This document shows, one piece after another, positions 10,201 through 22,789 of a stretch of DNA of 64,000 nucleotides. Numbering within the stretch: position 1 is the first letter of the stretch; each line of letters opens with the position of its first letter. Both the position numbers and the translations under genes were made by a program. The notes beneath the pieces are model-generated. The model did no database searches. It was not told where the DNA came from and saw only the letters and a program-made list of their open reading frames with translations. The stretch is from Leucoraja ocellata (lineage: Eukaryota), in the NCBI GenBank assembly GCA_036785375.1, contig JAWMAR010000485.1, forward strand, positions 62,001 through 126,000, read 5' to 3'.

Positions 10201-13200
10201 CCCCGAGGCAATTAGGGAGTTGCACCTTTTCTTGTTGCCCCAGCCCTTGGCATGAGTGAGCTATGTACCACACAGGCATGAAGCACTGCCTACCAAAGAT
10301 ACAGTGTCTTGCTGCCTACCGTTACAGAAAGGGTGCTGGAAGCAAGGCTGTAATATGTTCACTTACACAGCACGCCTGTCGCTAAGACTGGTGTCACCAG
10401 TGAAATAAAACGAAGCTACTCTGCAGTTCAGAATTGAAATATGTTTTACCGTGTGTGTGACCAGATCTTGCCACACGGTTGGAACCCGGCTATGCGTGTT
10501 CTGAGTTTGATATGATGTGGTCTTTGCAGTGTTTCAACCGATTTGAGGTCGAGTGTTGACTGACCCGTGGAAATTGTACAGAAGTTGAAGTCCATTCAAA
10601 TGATGCAAATACAATCACTTATCTCTCAAAATAAATAATTTTCAAATATATTTACATTTTTTAAGTATTGTAGTACTGACCAATTGACACTACTGGCAAT
10701 GGCACCAAACCTAATTGTTGTAGGTGGATTCTGGACCAGTTTGGTTTTAAAGGAAAGAGATGTCGAATGAAAAACATTGTCAGCGTCTGAGAGTTTAATA
10801 GCTATGAAGGAAAATAGCATTACTATTAATCATTTGTGAATTATGGAGAGAGATAATGAATACAAAATATTGAATTATTCACATATCTTTAGTTGGGCAC
10901 GGAATGAGGGCAGGGACAAACAGTGGATACAGTCTCTTCGAAACTTTCCACTGACATACTCTGTATGATGTGAACAACAACATTTAGACATTTGAGATGC
11001 CCCTGGTGATATTATGCAAGAAACGCAAATGTTCAATGGATTTCTGAGCACGGTTGCTTATTTGCATTGCATGTGTACCTAGGGACATATCGAGCTATTG
11101 GCAGATACGTGACATAAACAATATTTGAGTCACAGCTGGTGGCAAATTGGCTTTGGACAATTAGGTAATTCTTAGTACAGACCAACATCTGAACATGCAA
11201 TGTCACTGGGTGGAAGTTCATGTTTATTAAATAGTTCTGCTTGCATTGATTAAGCGAAAGATTGAGAAAGTTGTTCTAAAATTGTTCATTGCTGGAATTC
11301 ACAATTGAGCTGCACACAATTCCAAAAGCCCTTTCCATCTTGGAGAACATTCAGAAATGTTAATCGATGTATGATACTTTGGTTGAAAGCATAATCATTT
11401 TTGGATACATCACAGAAACAGTCACGTATAACGAGTGTTAGAGCACCAAGTCTTGCCACAAGATGATCTGCAATAATGTGCAGAAAACTCACATTGAATC
11501 AAATTTATTTTGTTTTGGTTTTATTTTAGAACTCCCAATAGTACCACTGTTAGGTCCCTGATCTTTGCAATTCAAGATGATTAAATACCGTTATAATGAA
11601 CTTTTTGCACCTGATCCTGTGTAATCAGTTATTGTGGAGGGTGACAAGTGGGGCGAGGGGGTCCAAAAATAGCCTCTACCCACTGCTTAAATAACTAAGT
11701 CCAAAATAAATCTTTACATTGCATGGAATGTCACAATTCTATTTGCAATTAACTGGAAGTGTATTGTTGAGTAAAATTGAACTTCTTTGGGTTCTTAGTG
11801 GGAGAGTCTTTATATACCGGCAGAAATATTTTCGCATTTCGCAGCTAACAAAATGACTGTGTCATAGAGCAGCTGCTAAAGTCCAATTGTGTTCATTTGA
11901 AATGGCACGTAATCCATTTAATGTTTAGGTCGCAGCTCCTACAGCCCGTGTACTGCTCGTGAAATGCTGTGAAGTATAACACCTTGATGGCAGGTATTTT
12001 TCATATCATTCACTCATTACTGACATAATTACATTTTGTATCCGTCATAAACAGCGATTTATGAAGTTTGTGGTCATTTGGTCTGCTGCTGCTGACCTCC
12101 ACTCCTCCCCGTACCTACCCACATCTTGTTTTTAAACAAAGATACAATAAAAGGAATTGGGAGCTTCCAAGTGCTTAAATGGTTTCATGTAGAATATTAA
12201 GGAATCCCAAGCCGCTCAGCTGAAACTCATTAATGGTGTAATATTTTTCAGTGCATAATTGGTGAATGCACACTAAGAAAAAGTGCGAGTTGCACAAGAG
12301 AATTGGGGTTTGGAATATTTTCTTCAAAGCTTGAAACTTTCCAACTAAATTAATTTTTCCCACCTTGAAATTTTACCAATTATTAAAACTTCTAAGAATT
12401 TCAGGAATATTTTTATTCATAGACGAAGGAGATTTAGAGATCACCGTGTTTTAACATAAAAAGTGTCAAGATTCGGAATCCTATACAGTGGGGGAAAAAA
12501 AATAACACTTTCATTTCTGGTTTTGCCAGGACTGAGTCATGTGGTTAAACATTAAATAGTTTCGGATGAGAGCTATTTGTTTGTTGACGGGACAGAGCAT
12601 TACTAAATAAACTTACAATTCTGTACCTGGGGATGGTGTTAGATTACAGAGAAACCTAAAAGGGGATACCTGAAAAAAAGGTCTATAGATCTCTTACAAT
12701 GTGCTTATTAGTTGGTGCAAGTTCACAACACATTGTTCATTGATTGTCCACCATTTTTATTCATTTGTAATTGTAATAAAGGATATGGATGGCTAAGTAA
12801 AAAAACATACATCTCAATATTGGTGCAATGACTTTCTTTTCAAGGATGAACCTAAGGCTAATTGAAACAATAGTCAGGGAGTGATTTTCTTTAGGAGCTT
12901 AATGGGGCAATGTGGATAAAGTTTTATTTTTGTATCTTCTCACTGAGATATCCACGAGCGATTGATAAATTGGTTTCTCGGGCTGGGAAGTCTACATTTT
13001 GGGGGAATGTTTTCACAATAAGGAGTGAGATGAGGAAGCATTTCTTTAAAATGAAGGGTTGCATATATTTGAAAATCTCTACTTCAGGGGGCCACTGATG
13101 CTTAGTCATAGCACCATGTTTCTTTAGTGCTATTGGAGATGCTTTGTTCCAGTCAAGTAGAGAGTTTTCCGTCGCAATCCTGGTTTGTGCTGTGGAAATG

Positions 13201-13869
13201 GAATAATTACTTTGGGCAGGGATGACGACCATCCTGGAAGTGGTGATGTGCAGTAGGGCGCAAAAGGTGGAGACACATGCATTGCAATTTAGAAAAATTG
13301 GATTAGAAGCATACAAAGTAAATTCCACATAGAATGATGGTCCAGAGGGCATCGGAAAGTGAAAGTGCAGTTGAATATGAAGCCTTAGTCTATCTTTACT
13401 CCCACTTCAACAGTTATGGCTGTGTGTTCAACAGCAGACAGCCATTTTTCTTCCAGCTTTCTATCTCTATTAAATCATTTTTTTCTTAGCCTTAGCCTGT
13501 TTTCCTTCTTGCCAAAACCCCGATTTTTTGATTGGATTTCTGTGAAGTCCTTCACTTGTTTAGTTTTCCTGCAATAAAGGTACAAAATAAGTTGTTGTCG
13601 AGAAAGGGTAGTCCACATTTATCACAAACACAGGAACTCTCATGTGCCTCAAGCATAGAAGGATATGGACCTGGTGCAGAAAATTAAATTTGTGTCCATT
13701 GGCAAATAGGTTGCATGGATATAATGGCCAGAATGATCTGCTTCTGTGGTGTACTTTGCCTTTATAGTTTTTGTGGACAGAAGTTGACCTGTCATAATTA
13801 TGCCTGGGAAAATTATGGGACTTTAATGTGAAGCTGGATGATATGAGTGCTTTTCGTGGACCTTGGAGA

Positions 13870-14565
13870 GGAAGAGCATATGATGAGCGGTTGACAACTC
13901 TCGGCCTGTACTCACTGGAGTTTAGAAGGATAAGGGGGGCCGCATTGAAACATAGTGAAAAGTCTGGATAGAGTGGATATGGAGAGGAAGTTTCCACTAA
14001 TTTAGTTTGGTTTAGAGATATAGTGCGGAAACAGGCCTTTCTTCTCACCGAGTCAGCCCTGACCAGCGATTTCCAAACGGTAACACTATCCTACACACGG
14101 GATCATTTCCAACTTTTACTAAAGCCAATTAGCCTAGAAACCTGGAAGTCTTTGGAGTATGGGAGGAAACCGGAGCACCCGGAGAAAACCCACGCAGTCA
14201 CAGGGAGAATGTACAAATTCTGTGGAGACGGCACCCAGAGTCAATGTCGAACCCACTGTAAGACAGCAACTGTAAGACAGCAACTCTACCACTAAGCCAC
14301 TGTGCAGCCCTTTTTTTTTACTCGTGGGAGAGTCCAGGACCAAACTGCACAGGCTCAAAATAAAAGGACGTACCTTTGGAAGCAGGATGAGGAGGAACTT
14401 CTTTAGTCACAGTGTGGTGAAACAGGTTCATGATTAGTAAAGGCATTGAAGGTTTTGGGGAGCAGGCAAGGGACTGGGGTTAAGAGGTAGATCAGCCATG
14501 ATTGAATGATGGAGTGGACTCAATGGGCCAAATGGCCCAATTCTTCTCCTATGACATGAACTTAT
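13870..14565 (+). mobile_element. CR1 3' fragment interrupted by an antisense SINE
   Basis: TATGATGAGCGGTTGACAACTCTCGGCCTGTACTCACTGGAGTTTAGAAGG...; resumes GGGAGAGTCCAGGACC at about 14326; ends ATCAGCCATGATTGAATG...GGGCCAAATGGCC. Confidence 0.7.
14001..14310 (-). mobile_element. HE1-like V-SINE
   Basis: Reverse complement of the SINE core (GGGAGGAAACCGGAGCACCCGGAGAAAACCCACGCAGTCACAGGGAGAA) with (AAACT)-type tail. Confidence 0.85.
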
Positions 14566-16429
14566 GAAGGATGGATAGAATTGGAATTACAGACAGGCAT
14601 TTATAGTGCATGAGAAAGAGAAGCAAAGGGAACATCAACTCACAATGGGGGAAGAAAGGAGAGTCGAATGATGAGAGAATTCGTGGAAAAGTAGATAGAG
14701 ATTACAAATGATAGAAGCTGAGGGGTGAATAGATGATTATACTGCAAGGGGAGACTTGTGGAGGAGAGGTACAGTAAAACTCTAATACAAGGGACCTCTG
14801 CATTATAGGAGGAACTGTATTCATAGTATTGGTCCATTTAACAAATTTCCATAAGGCAAAGTTGTGTCATCTACAAATGCGTCAGGAGCACAAGATGAAA
14901 AAATGCATTTTAATTTCAATCATTTATTTTTTCTCACATGGATACTGTAAGGATGATTTTCACTTGCACGAACAGTGGTAACGTGGAGGTCACCTATAAT
15001 TTGGTATCCAGTTGCTCAGATTTCCTGATGATTTGACTCGCATATCAGACCAAAGTGTGATCTTGTGGTTGGGAACGCGAGCGTGCTGTGTACCTGGGTC
15101 TGGGTCTTTTGACTTTTGACTGGAACCAGAAATGGGTCTGGAATATGAGAGGTCGGGAACATTTGTTGGTTTATGGTCAGAACCAGGATCTGGAGTGTTT
15201 GTATATATGCTGCTTCCTTTAAACTCATTGCATTCACTGGAAAATGTATTGTACTGATATGGAATATAAAAAGAGAGTGAAATGGAAATCTATATTGGTA
15301 TTAATAGAATTTAATATCCAATAGTCTGATAAAACAGTCAAGTCAAAGAGGTGCCAGATTCTCATAATTTTACTGTAAATTGTAGCAGTAACTACATAGA
15401 TGGTTCTAAGTTTGAAAAAGTGAAAGGCGATGAGACCAAGACACTCCACCTCACCCTCACCACCCCTTGTCTGCGTATTCCTTTACACATTTTGGGAACT
15501 GAGCAAATGTTGTAATCAAATAAAACCCAGTATATTTACATGTCATCTCTCTCTATGATGATGAAACATCTGAACAGGTACCCTAATAATAGATTGAGGT
15601 TACAAAACAACAAAAATACAGAGAATTCTTAGAGTACACAACTTATAATTGTTCTGCTATTTTTATTTCATATCTTGTGCCTGGTTGAATTGATTTGACC
15701 ACATTCATTTCACATGGGAAGAAAATCATAAAGCCTATTTAATTGAATGTCCAGTTGTAAATTCTATCCCAAATGAGTTATTTGTTTCAAAATGTAGGGA
15801 GAGGATCACCTCTGGTGTTTCAAACTATGATATACGAAATCTGTCAGAACAAAAATCTGGAATTTGCATTGCCACATAATTCTCTGCTATGCAAGATACC
15901 CCATCTCCCTCTGAATTGAGTGCTGTCCCAGTTAGCCTCTCCTTTGGAACCAGGTTTTAACATAATTTTCCATACTTTTCAAATTCCAAACAGCTGCTCT
16001 TCCTTTTAAAAGAAACTTAATAATTTAATCTGTAAACCAATGCAAAGGAACTGGAAGTTTGTCAGTGATCGCCTCAGTGGGGTCATGTAACCTCATGTTT
16101 TGATTTGATAACATAACTGGACAAATAGACTACAATATGATAGTCTATTAGCTGATTGTGGTATTTAGAAGTATTGATTAAATTATATTCCATAGAAACT
16201 GATATATTACTGTAACTGCTTGTTTTAGACTGTTCTAAAGACCAATCTACCTGCACCCCTCCCTTTGGCCTCTTACATTGGCATTGACTATTCCATTTTT
16301 TTCCAAACAAAGGAATTTTTTTCCTTTTGAAGTTGCAATACACTGCCCACTGAGAACCCACACAAACATTATTGTTAAACCAGCTGACAAGGGTGCTGCT
16401 ATTATTTTGTTGAACTGACTTCTGCCTCA

Positions 16430-17780
16430 GCGAGGTTGAAAGCCAGATCTCAGACATTCCCTCGTGCCTCCCTCTGGACCATGTCAGGACATTGTCTCTT
16501 AATCACTGCCCACATTTCCTCACATATCATCTCTCCATAGCTTCCAGCATCATAGTCTCCCAACGCCGCGCAACCTGCTTCTACCTTTCTCCCTATAGCC
16601 CACAAGTAGGAGTAACCTTGGAGTCATAATTTCTTCTCTGGTGGAACCTATTTCCATTTGTGACATTTCTGATGACCTCTGCCTCGTTGAGTTTCCAGTA
16701 TCCTGGTCCCAACAGGCTCATTTTCACCATGGGCATCCCATCCCTGAACACCTCCACTTTATTGCAGAACAAAGACCCTGACCAAACCCCCTCACCATCA
16801 CACTGCTTCATGTGGCTGCTCATTCTCACACTAAACAACTGCTCCATTTTTTTAAACTGCAAGTCAAGGGTGCAGATATGAAATCCTGCAGAGGCCAATA
16901 TGTCTGTATTGTTGTGGGAGGCTTTGGAAACTTCTTGGTTCAGACTGATTTGGCCTCCTCCCTCTCTTCTTTCCCACCACTTTTTTGATTGTTTTGGTGA
17001 TGCTTGGCAACCTTGTACAGAATTTAAACACATTGTTGCTGCCAGTTTCACCCCACTCTCATTTTGATATGATTTTCCTCTACTCTTTCTCAATTTATTT
17101 CCTCAATCTCAGCAGACAGGTTAGCAATCAATATCCATCACAGACTCCCACAGCTGTCCTGGACACACCTTCTCCCATTCTACAAGCATTCCATTCTCCC
17201 AGTTCCTCTGGCTCCATTGCACATGTATGGATAAGGCAACATTTTTTAACCATGCCTTTTTCATCTTTCATTGTTGACAGGACTTCAACTGCATCTAATT
17301 CATTTCTTGCTGTTTTGCACTAACCTACTCCACCCCCCCCCCCCCCTCCCACTGCAAGGATAAGGTTCCCCTGAAATTTGCCTTCCATTCCACCAACTTC
17401 CACTTCCTCTGTAATTTCCACCACCTTCTACATGATGCCACCACCAGGCACAACTTTTCCTCGTCTCTTATCTCAATGTTCGAACTGGCTCCTTGGTTCT
17501 GCTTTAACAACCTCAGAAGTTCTAACTGCAGTTTCCCATGAAACAGTAGGAGATGCAACACCTTCCCTTTTGCCATTTTCTTTGCTCTGTCCAGGGAGTC
17601 CTGAAACATCTTCCCTGTGAATCAGTGATTTCCACTCCAGTGAACTTCATCTGGAACTTGCAAAATGGTCTCTTCTATATCGGAGAGAAATCTAATGCAG
17701 ATTGGGTCAACACTTTTCAAAGAACTCCCCTTCAGTCTGCAAGAGGGTTCCTCAGCTTTCAGATGCCTGTTTCTGAGTGG
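16430..17780 (+). pseudogene. Decayed Penelope-like element (RT through GIY-YIG)
   Basis: Frameshifted remnants in the expected order: RLIFTMGIPSLNTS (cf. xxTMDVxSLYT), LILTLNN, TDSHS, SIPFSQFLWLHCTC, KDKVPLKFAFH, RRCNT, GLFYIGE. Confidence 0.75.
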
Positions 17781-19199
17781 AATATTTTTAGGTCAGTCAA
17801 CTGCACTAACCAGCCTGTTGTGAGACGAGATCGAGGATTGATGTGAAATCTCGCTTTAAGAATGCCTAATGTGACCTGTAAAAATGATGTGTTGTCATAG
17901 AAAGACTCTTTGACTGCAGTTAGCATTAGTTAGTGGGGCAGAACTGGGTGCTCTACATTTCATCCTATTCATACCATGGCTGATTTGGGAGCACTTAGGA
18001 CAGCAATGCAAGGTTTATTCCTCGGGCCTGCCGTCTATCATCTCTTGAGCAGAGAAATAAACATGAAATTTGAGAGGATTTGATTGGGTGACTAGCGTAA
18101 ACCTGTTTATGCAAGATAACTCGGGTTTGGACATTCTTCACAAGTCCGCCTTGTTTCCACCACTGGCATTGATCCATCTTGTGGAGGTATTGATTGAAGT
18201 TTGGCCAATCCCCATAAGAAATAGTTCGAATGTGAAAGCATTACTGTGCCACATTGTGTGGTTGGCAAAAGTTGAAACTTTTATCAACTGAAAACGCTGT
18301 TGGTTCCGTTGATACATGTCAGTGGTATCATCTCGCTGAGGCGGTGAATCTGTGGAATCCCAGACGGTTGTGGAGGCAAGGCCATTGGAAGTATTTAAGA
18401 GGAAGTCGATAATTTTTTGTAAGTTTGGGGAATAGAGAGCAATGTGGAAATGGCTTAGAAGAGGAGATAGGACTAGGGCAGGTCAGCTGTGGTTGAACTA
18501 ACTTGAGGGGCCGAGTGACCGACCCCAGCATCTATTTTCCTATATCCTTATGTTCACAGAAATAAAAGGATTTTTGTGGATGTGACCCATTTTTGGACCC
18601 ATTTGCTTTTAATTGTGAGAAATTCTATGTACCAACCTTTTTAAAAATAAATGTTGTTAGTGTGGCCAGGTTTATTGGAATATTTAAGCGATCCTTGTTT
18701 CTGATTGCCAAACCTGGTTTGTGAGAGCTCCACCTAATATTGACCTTGCTGACTCTAAAGTAATTGATGGTGATTTTAATTACACCGGAAAGAATAAGCC
18801 AGTATCAGTGTGGAATCAGTACCCAGTGAAGCAGGTCATGTATGACTGGCACTAACTACTCTCTCATCGGCTCTGCTGCAGTAACTTTGGCAGAAGTACA
18901 GCAGAGTTGGCTGTGGAAGCGTACTGGTTTTTGAAGCTGTGGGTTTATGTCACTGGTAACATCAAGTGGTCCCTCTTGTTCCTTAATTTTCCATTTGCTT
19001 TGTTGATCGCTGCATCGGCTGGGGCAGAGACAAATAGGCAGAGACATTTTGTGTCTGTTGTAGATTAATGTTAAGAAGTTAATGTTTTCATAAGACAGGA
19101 GCATTTTGTGGAATAGATTTTGTAAGACCATAAGACATATGAGCAGAATTTCAATTCCATAACTCGCTAAAGGTGGTAGCGCAGGAAGATAGGGTGGTA

Positions 19200-19815
19200 A
19201 GGTGTGCTTGCCTTCATTGCTAGGGGTATTGAATATAAACATCAAGTAGTCTTGATGCAGCTCTATGGGACTTGGAGTATTGAGTGCAGTTCTGGTTGTC
19301 CCAATACAGGAAACATGTGGAAGCTCTGGAGATGGTGCTGAGGAGATTTATCAGAATGCTGCCTGGATTAGAGGGATTCAGCTATAGGGAGAGGTTGGAT
19401 AGACTTGGATTGTTTCCTCTGGAACGTAAGAGATTGAGGGAGACTTGTATATATTTGTATATAAAAAATTATGGGAGGCGTAGATAGGACAGGCAGCCAA
19501 AGCCTATTTTCCCAGGGTGGAAATTGCCGACACCACAGAGAATAGCTATAAGGTGAGAGGGGGGAAATGGAATAGAGATGTGCGGGGCAAGTTTTTTACA
19601 CAGAAGGTGGTAGGGCATGGAACACATGGCCACAGATGGTAGCGAAGGCAGATACAATAGTGGCATTTAAGAAGCTTTTACATAGGCACATGGATTTACA
19701 GCGAATGGAAAGATATGGATCACTTGCAGGCAGATGAGATCAGTTCAGCTAGGCATCATGTTAGGCACAAACATTGTTGCCTGAAAGGCCATCTCCTATG
19801 CTGTACTATGTTCTA
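19200..19815 (+). mobile_element. CR1 ORF2 C-terminal fragment plus 3' UTR
   Basis: QFWLSQYRKHVEALEMVLRRFIRMLPGLEGFSYRERLDRLGLFPLE. Confidence 0.85.
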
Positions 19816-20274
19816 ATTAGGCCATTCAGCCCATCGAGCCTATTCTGCCATTCAGTCAAGACTGATCTATTTTTCCCTTGCAACCCCATTCTCATGCCTC
19901 CTCCCTGAAACCTTTGACGCTCTTACTAATTAAGAACCTATCAATCTCCGCTTAAAGAATACACAATGTCTTGGTCTCTGTCCAAGCTCTATCACAGCTG
20001 TTTGTGGCAATGAATCCACCAGCCTCTGGCAAAAGAAATTCCTCCTCATCTCCATTCTAAATGTGCAATTTCAGGTTTATCATTAGTTCCTCTATATAAT
20101 TTTACCAGCAAAAACTAGATTAAGCATTTGTGTGCTCACTCAAATGGAGAGATCCAGAGACGAAGATGAGCTGGCTGTTTCGCTTCTAATTACTACCTAA
20201 TGCATAAGAATAGGTTTCAGTTCACAGAAGGAGTGTCCCCTGAAAGCTATCTTGTGTGAAGAGGATGAATAATT

Positions 20275-21310
20275 AGAGTCATACAGTGATACAGCATGGA
20301 AACAGGCCCTTCGGCCCAACTCGCCCACACTGGCCAACAATGTCCCAGCTACACTAGTCCAACTTGCATGCACTTGGTCCATATCCCTCCAAACCGGTGC
20401 TATCCATGTACCTGTCTAACTGTTTCTTAAACGATGGGATAGTCCCAGCCTCAACTACCTCCTCTGGCAGCTTGTTCCATACACCCACCACCCTTTGTGT
20501 GAAAAAGTTACCTCTCGGATTCCTATTAAATCTTTTCCCCCTCACCTTGAACCTATGTCCTCTGGTCCTCGATTCCCCAACTCTGGGCAAGAGACTCTGT
20601 GCATCTACCAGATCTAATCCTCGCATGATTTTGTCCACCTCTATAAGATCACCCCTCATCCTCCTGCTCTCTATGAAATAGAGACCCAGCCTACTCGACC
20701 TCTCCCTATAGCTCACACCCTCTAGTCCTGACAACGTCCTCATTAATCTTTTCAGAACCCTTTCAAGCTTGACAATATCTTTCTTATAACATGGTGCCCA
20801 GAACTGAACACAATATTCTAGATGCGGTCGCGCCAACGTCTAATACAACTGTAACATGACCTCCCAAGTTCTATACTCAATAGTACACAAAAATTCTGGA
20901 GAAACTCAGCGGGTGCAGCAGCATCTATGGAGCAAATGAAATAGGCAAAGTTTCGGGCCGAAACCCTTCTTCAGCAGTCTGAAGAATACTCAATACTCTG
21001 ACTGATGAAGGCCAAAGTCCCAAAGGCCTTTTTTACCACCTTATCTACCTGCGACTCAGCCTTCAAGGAACCATGCACCTGTACTCCTAGATCCCTCTGC
21101 TCTACAACACTATCCAGAGGCCTACCATTTACTGTGTAGGTCCTGTCCTTGTTCGACGTCCCAAAATGCAACACTTCACACTTCTCTGTATTAAATTCCA
21201 TCAACCATTCCTCTGCTAATCTGGCCAATCGATCCAAATCCGCCTGAAATCTTTCACAACCATCTTCACTATCTGGAAAACTACTAACTTTTGTATCATC
21301 AGCAAGATTT
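20275..21310 (-). mobile_element. CR1 LINE (RT from ADDTK to the 3' end)
   Basis: ORFs 20971-21321 and 20354-20836: ADDTK...WLMEFNTEKCEVLHFG...RDLGVQV; RPHLEYCVQFWAP...FFTQRVVGVWNKLP; tail GGGCCGAAGGGCCTGTTTCCATGCTGTATC. Confidence 0.92.
20883..20985 (+). mobile_element. Penelope mini-element (inverted arm only) inserted in CR1
   Basis: GTACACAAAAATTCTGGAGAAACTCAGCGGG...CCCTTCTTCAGCAGTCTGAAGA; TSD ATACTCAATA at 20873-20882 and 20986-20995. Confidence 0.85.
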
Positions 21311-21569
21311 GGAAATGTCACAAATTGTGATACAGTTTAAGTAATTCTTTTTAAATCTAAATATATCAAGCTGATTAACACATGGGATGATATGAGTGCT
21401 TCTGCACTAATTTCTTGAGGTTGCAGTAAGGAATATGCTCCAGTAAATGAGAGCTATCGATCACCAGCAAGACTAGTATTTATGGCCCATCCTTGTGGTC
21501 CTTAACAGTCTGGATCAAGCAGTGATCAGTTAAAGGTCATAAGCTGACTGGTCCAATAAGGTGAGCCTA

Positions 21570-21863
21570 GGGCGGCACAGTGGCGCAGCGGTAGAGCTGC
21601 TGCCTTAGAGCCAGAGACCCAGGTTCGATCAATGACCACGGTGCTGTCTGTACGGTGTTTGTATGTTCTCCCTATGACTATGTGGGTTTTCCCCGGGTGC
21701 TCTGGTTTCTTCCCACATTCCAAAGACGTGCAGGTTTGTAGGTTAATTGGCTTCATTAAGCTGTAAAATTGTCCCTAGTAATATTAGTGTAGATGGTGAT
21801 CGCTGATCAGCGTGGGCCCAGTGGCCGAGGGCCTGTTTTCGTGCTGTATCTTTAAAGTCTAAA
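21570..21863 (+). mobile_element. HE1-like V-SINE
   Basis: TGGCGCAGCGG A box, GGTTCGATC B box, V core, CR1-type tail. Confidence 0.88.
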
Positions 21864-22525
21864 GCCAATTTCCTCACTCTGAAGAATACGTACATCATTT
21901 GGGTTTCTTTGACAATCTGACTTAACTGGCACCATCTTTTCATTTCTAAATAAAAGTTCTCTTTAATATTTTAACACGACAAATCTTGATTTTGTAATTT
22001 TAAAGTGAATGTCTCAACTGCTTTAACAGCAAATGATTTATAAATTTCTATTCACTTTTGTGTAGAGCAGTGCATCTCAGTGGGACCCCTAATCAGCCCG
22101 GGCCTGGTTATTAAATCAGGACCATGGTAATATTGGTAATTAAAGGGAATCTCTTCTGAAAGGTTCAGCATGCTTGCATGTAAAATGCTTCCTGTGTACC
22201 ATTTATTATTTCTGCTGGTATTGTGTGTTCCACTAAGAATATATATGTTGTGTTCCCATGTTTGTGTGTTGGTGATTTGGTGTAACAGTATTGAAAAGCT
22301 GCTGCACTGGAGGAGTGAGTTCCTAAACTTCCCTTGACCCTATTTTTTTTTTTAATTGAACGGATATCTTTGGTGCCCAAGGCAATATTTAAATTGACAT
22401 TTATAATCAAATTAATTACCCTGCCATCCAATAATCCAATATTTCCTTTGTCCTATCCATTCCCCGCGGCTCCATACTCTGCAACGCAAAGACACCATTT
22501 TCTTTTTAGCTCCTTCTCAGTTTGT

Positions 22526-22662
22526 GTCTGATGAAGGATGCTGGACCTGAAACATTATCAGGTTATCTCTTGATACATTATCTCTAGTTTGTCTCTCCAC
22601 GGATGCTGCCTGACCTGTTGAAGAGTTTCCAGCATTTTCTGTTTATGTTTCAGAGTTCCAGT
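22526..22662 (+). mobile_element. Old Penelope-tail element with degenerate hammerhead
   Basis: CTGATGAAGG...ACCTGAAACATT, then GATGCTGCCTGACCTG...TTTCCAGCATTTT. Confidence 0.6.
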
Positions 22663-22789
22663 TTTTGTGTTAAAAAATAAAAAATTCTAATTGATTTGCG
22701 ATTGGTGAGCATTGTATTGATTGTTGTGGGGACATTTGTGTAACTTGACTGTTGTGTTTATTTCTTCCTATTTGTGCTTTGAGGCTTCT

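Noticed and set aside
9289-10255. Overlapping 120-180 aa ORFs on both strands
   Set aside because: Low-complexity Arg/Gly/Pro/Ala translations are expected from stop-poor GC-rich DNA; no recognisable domain.
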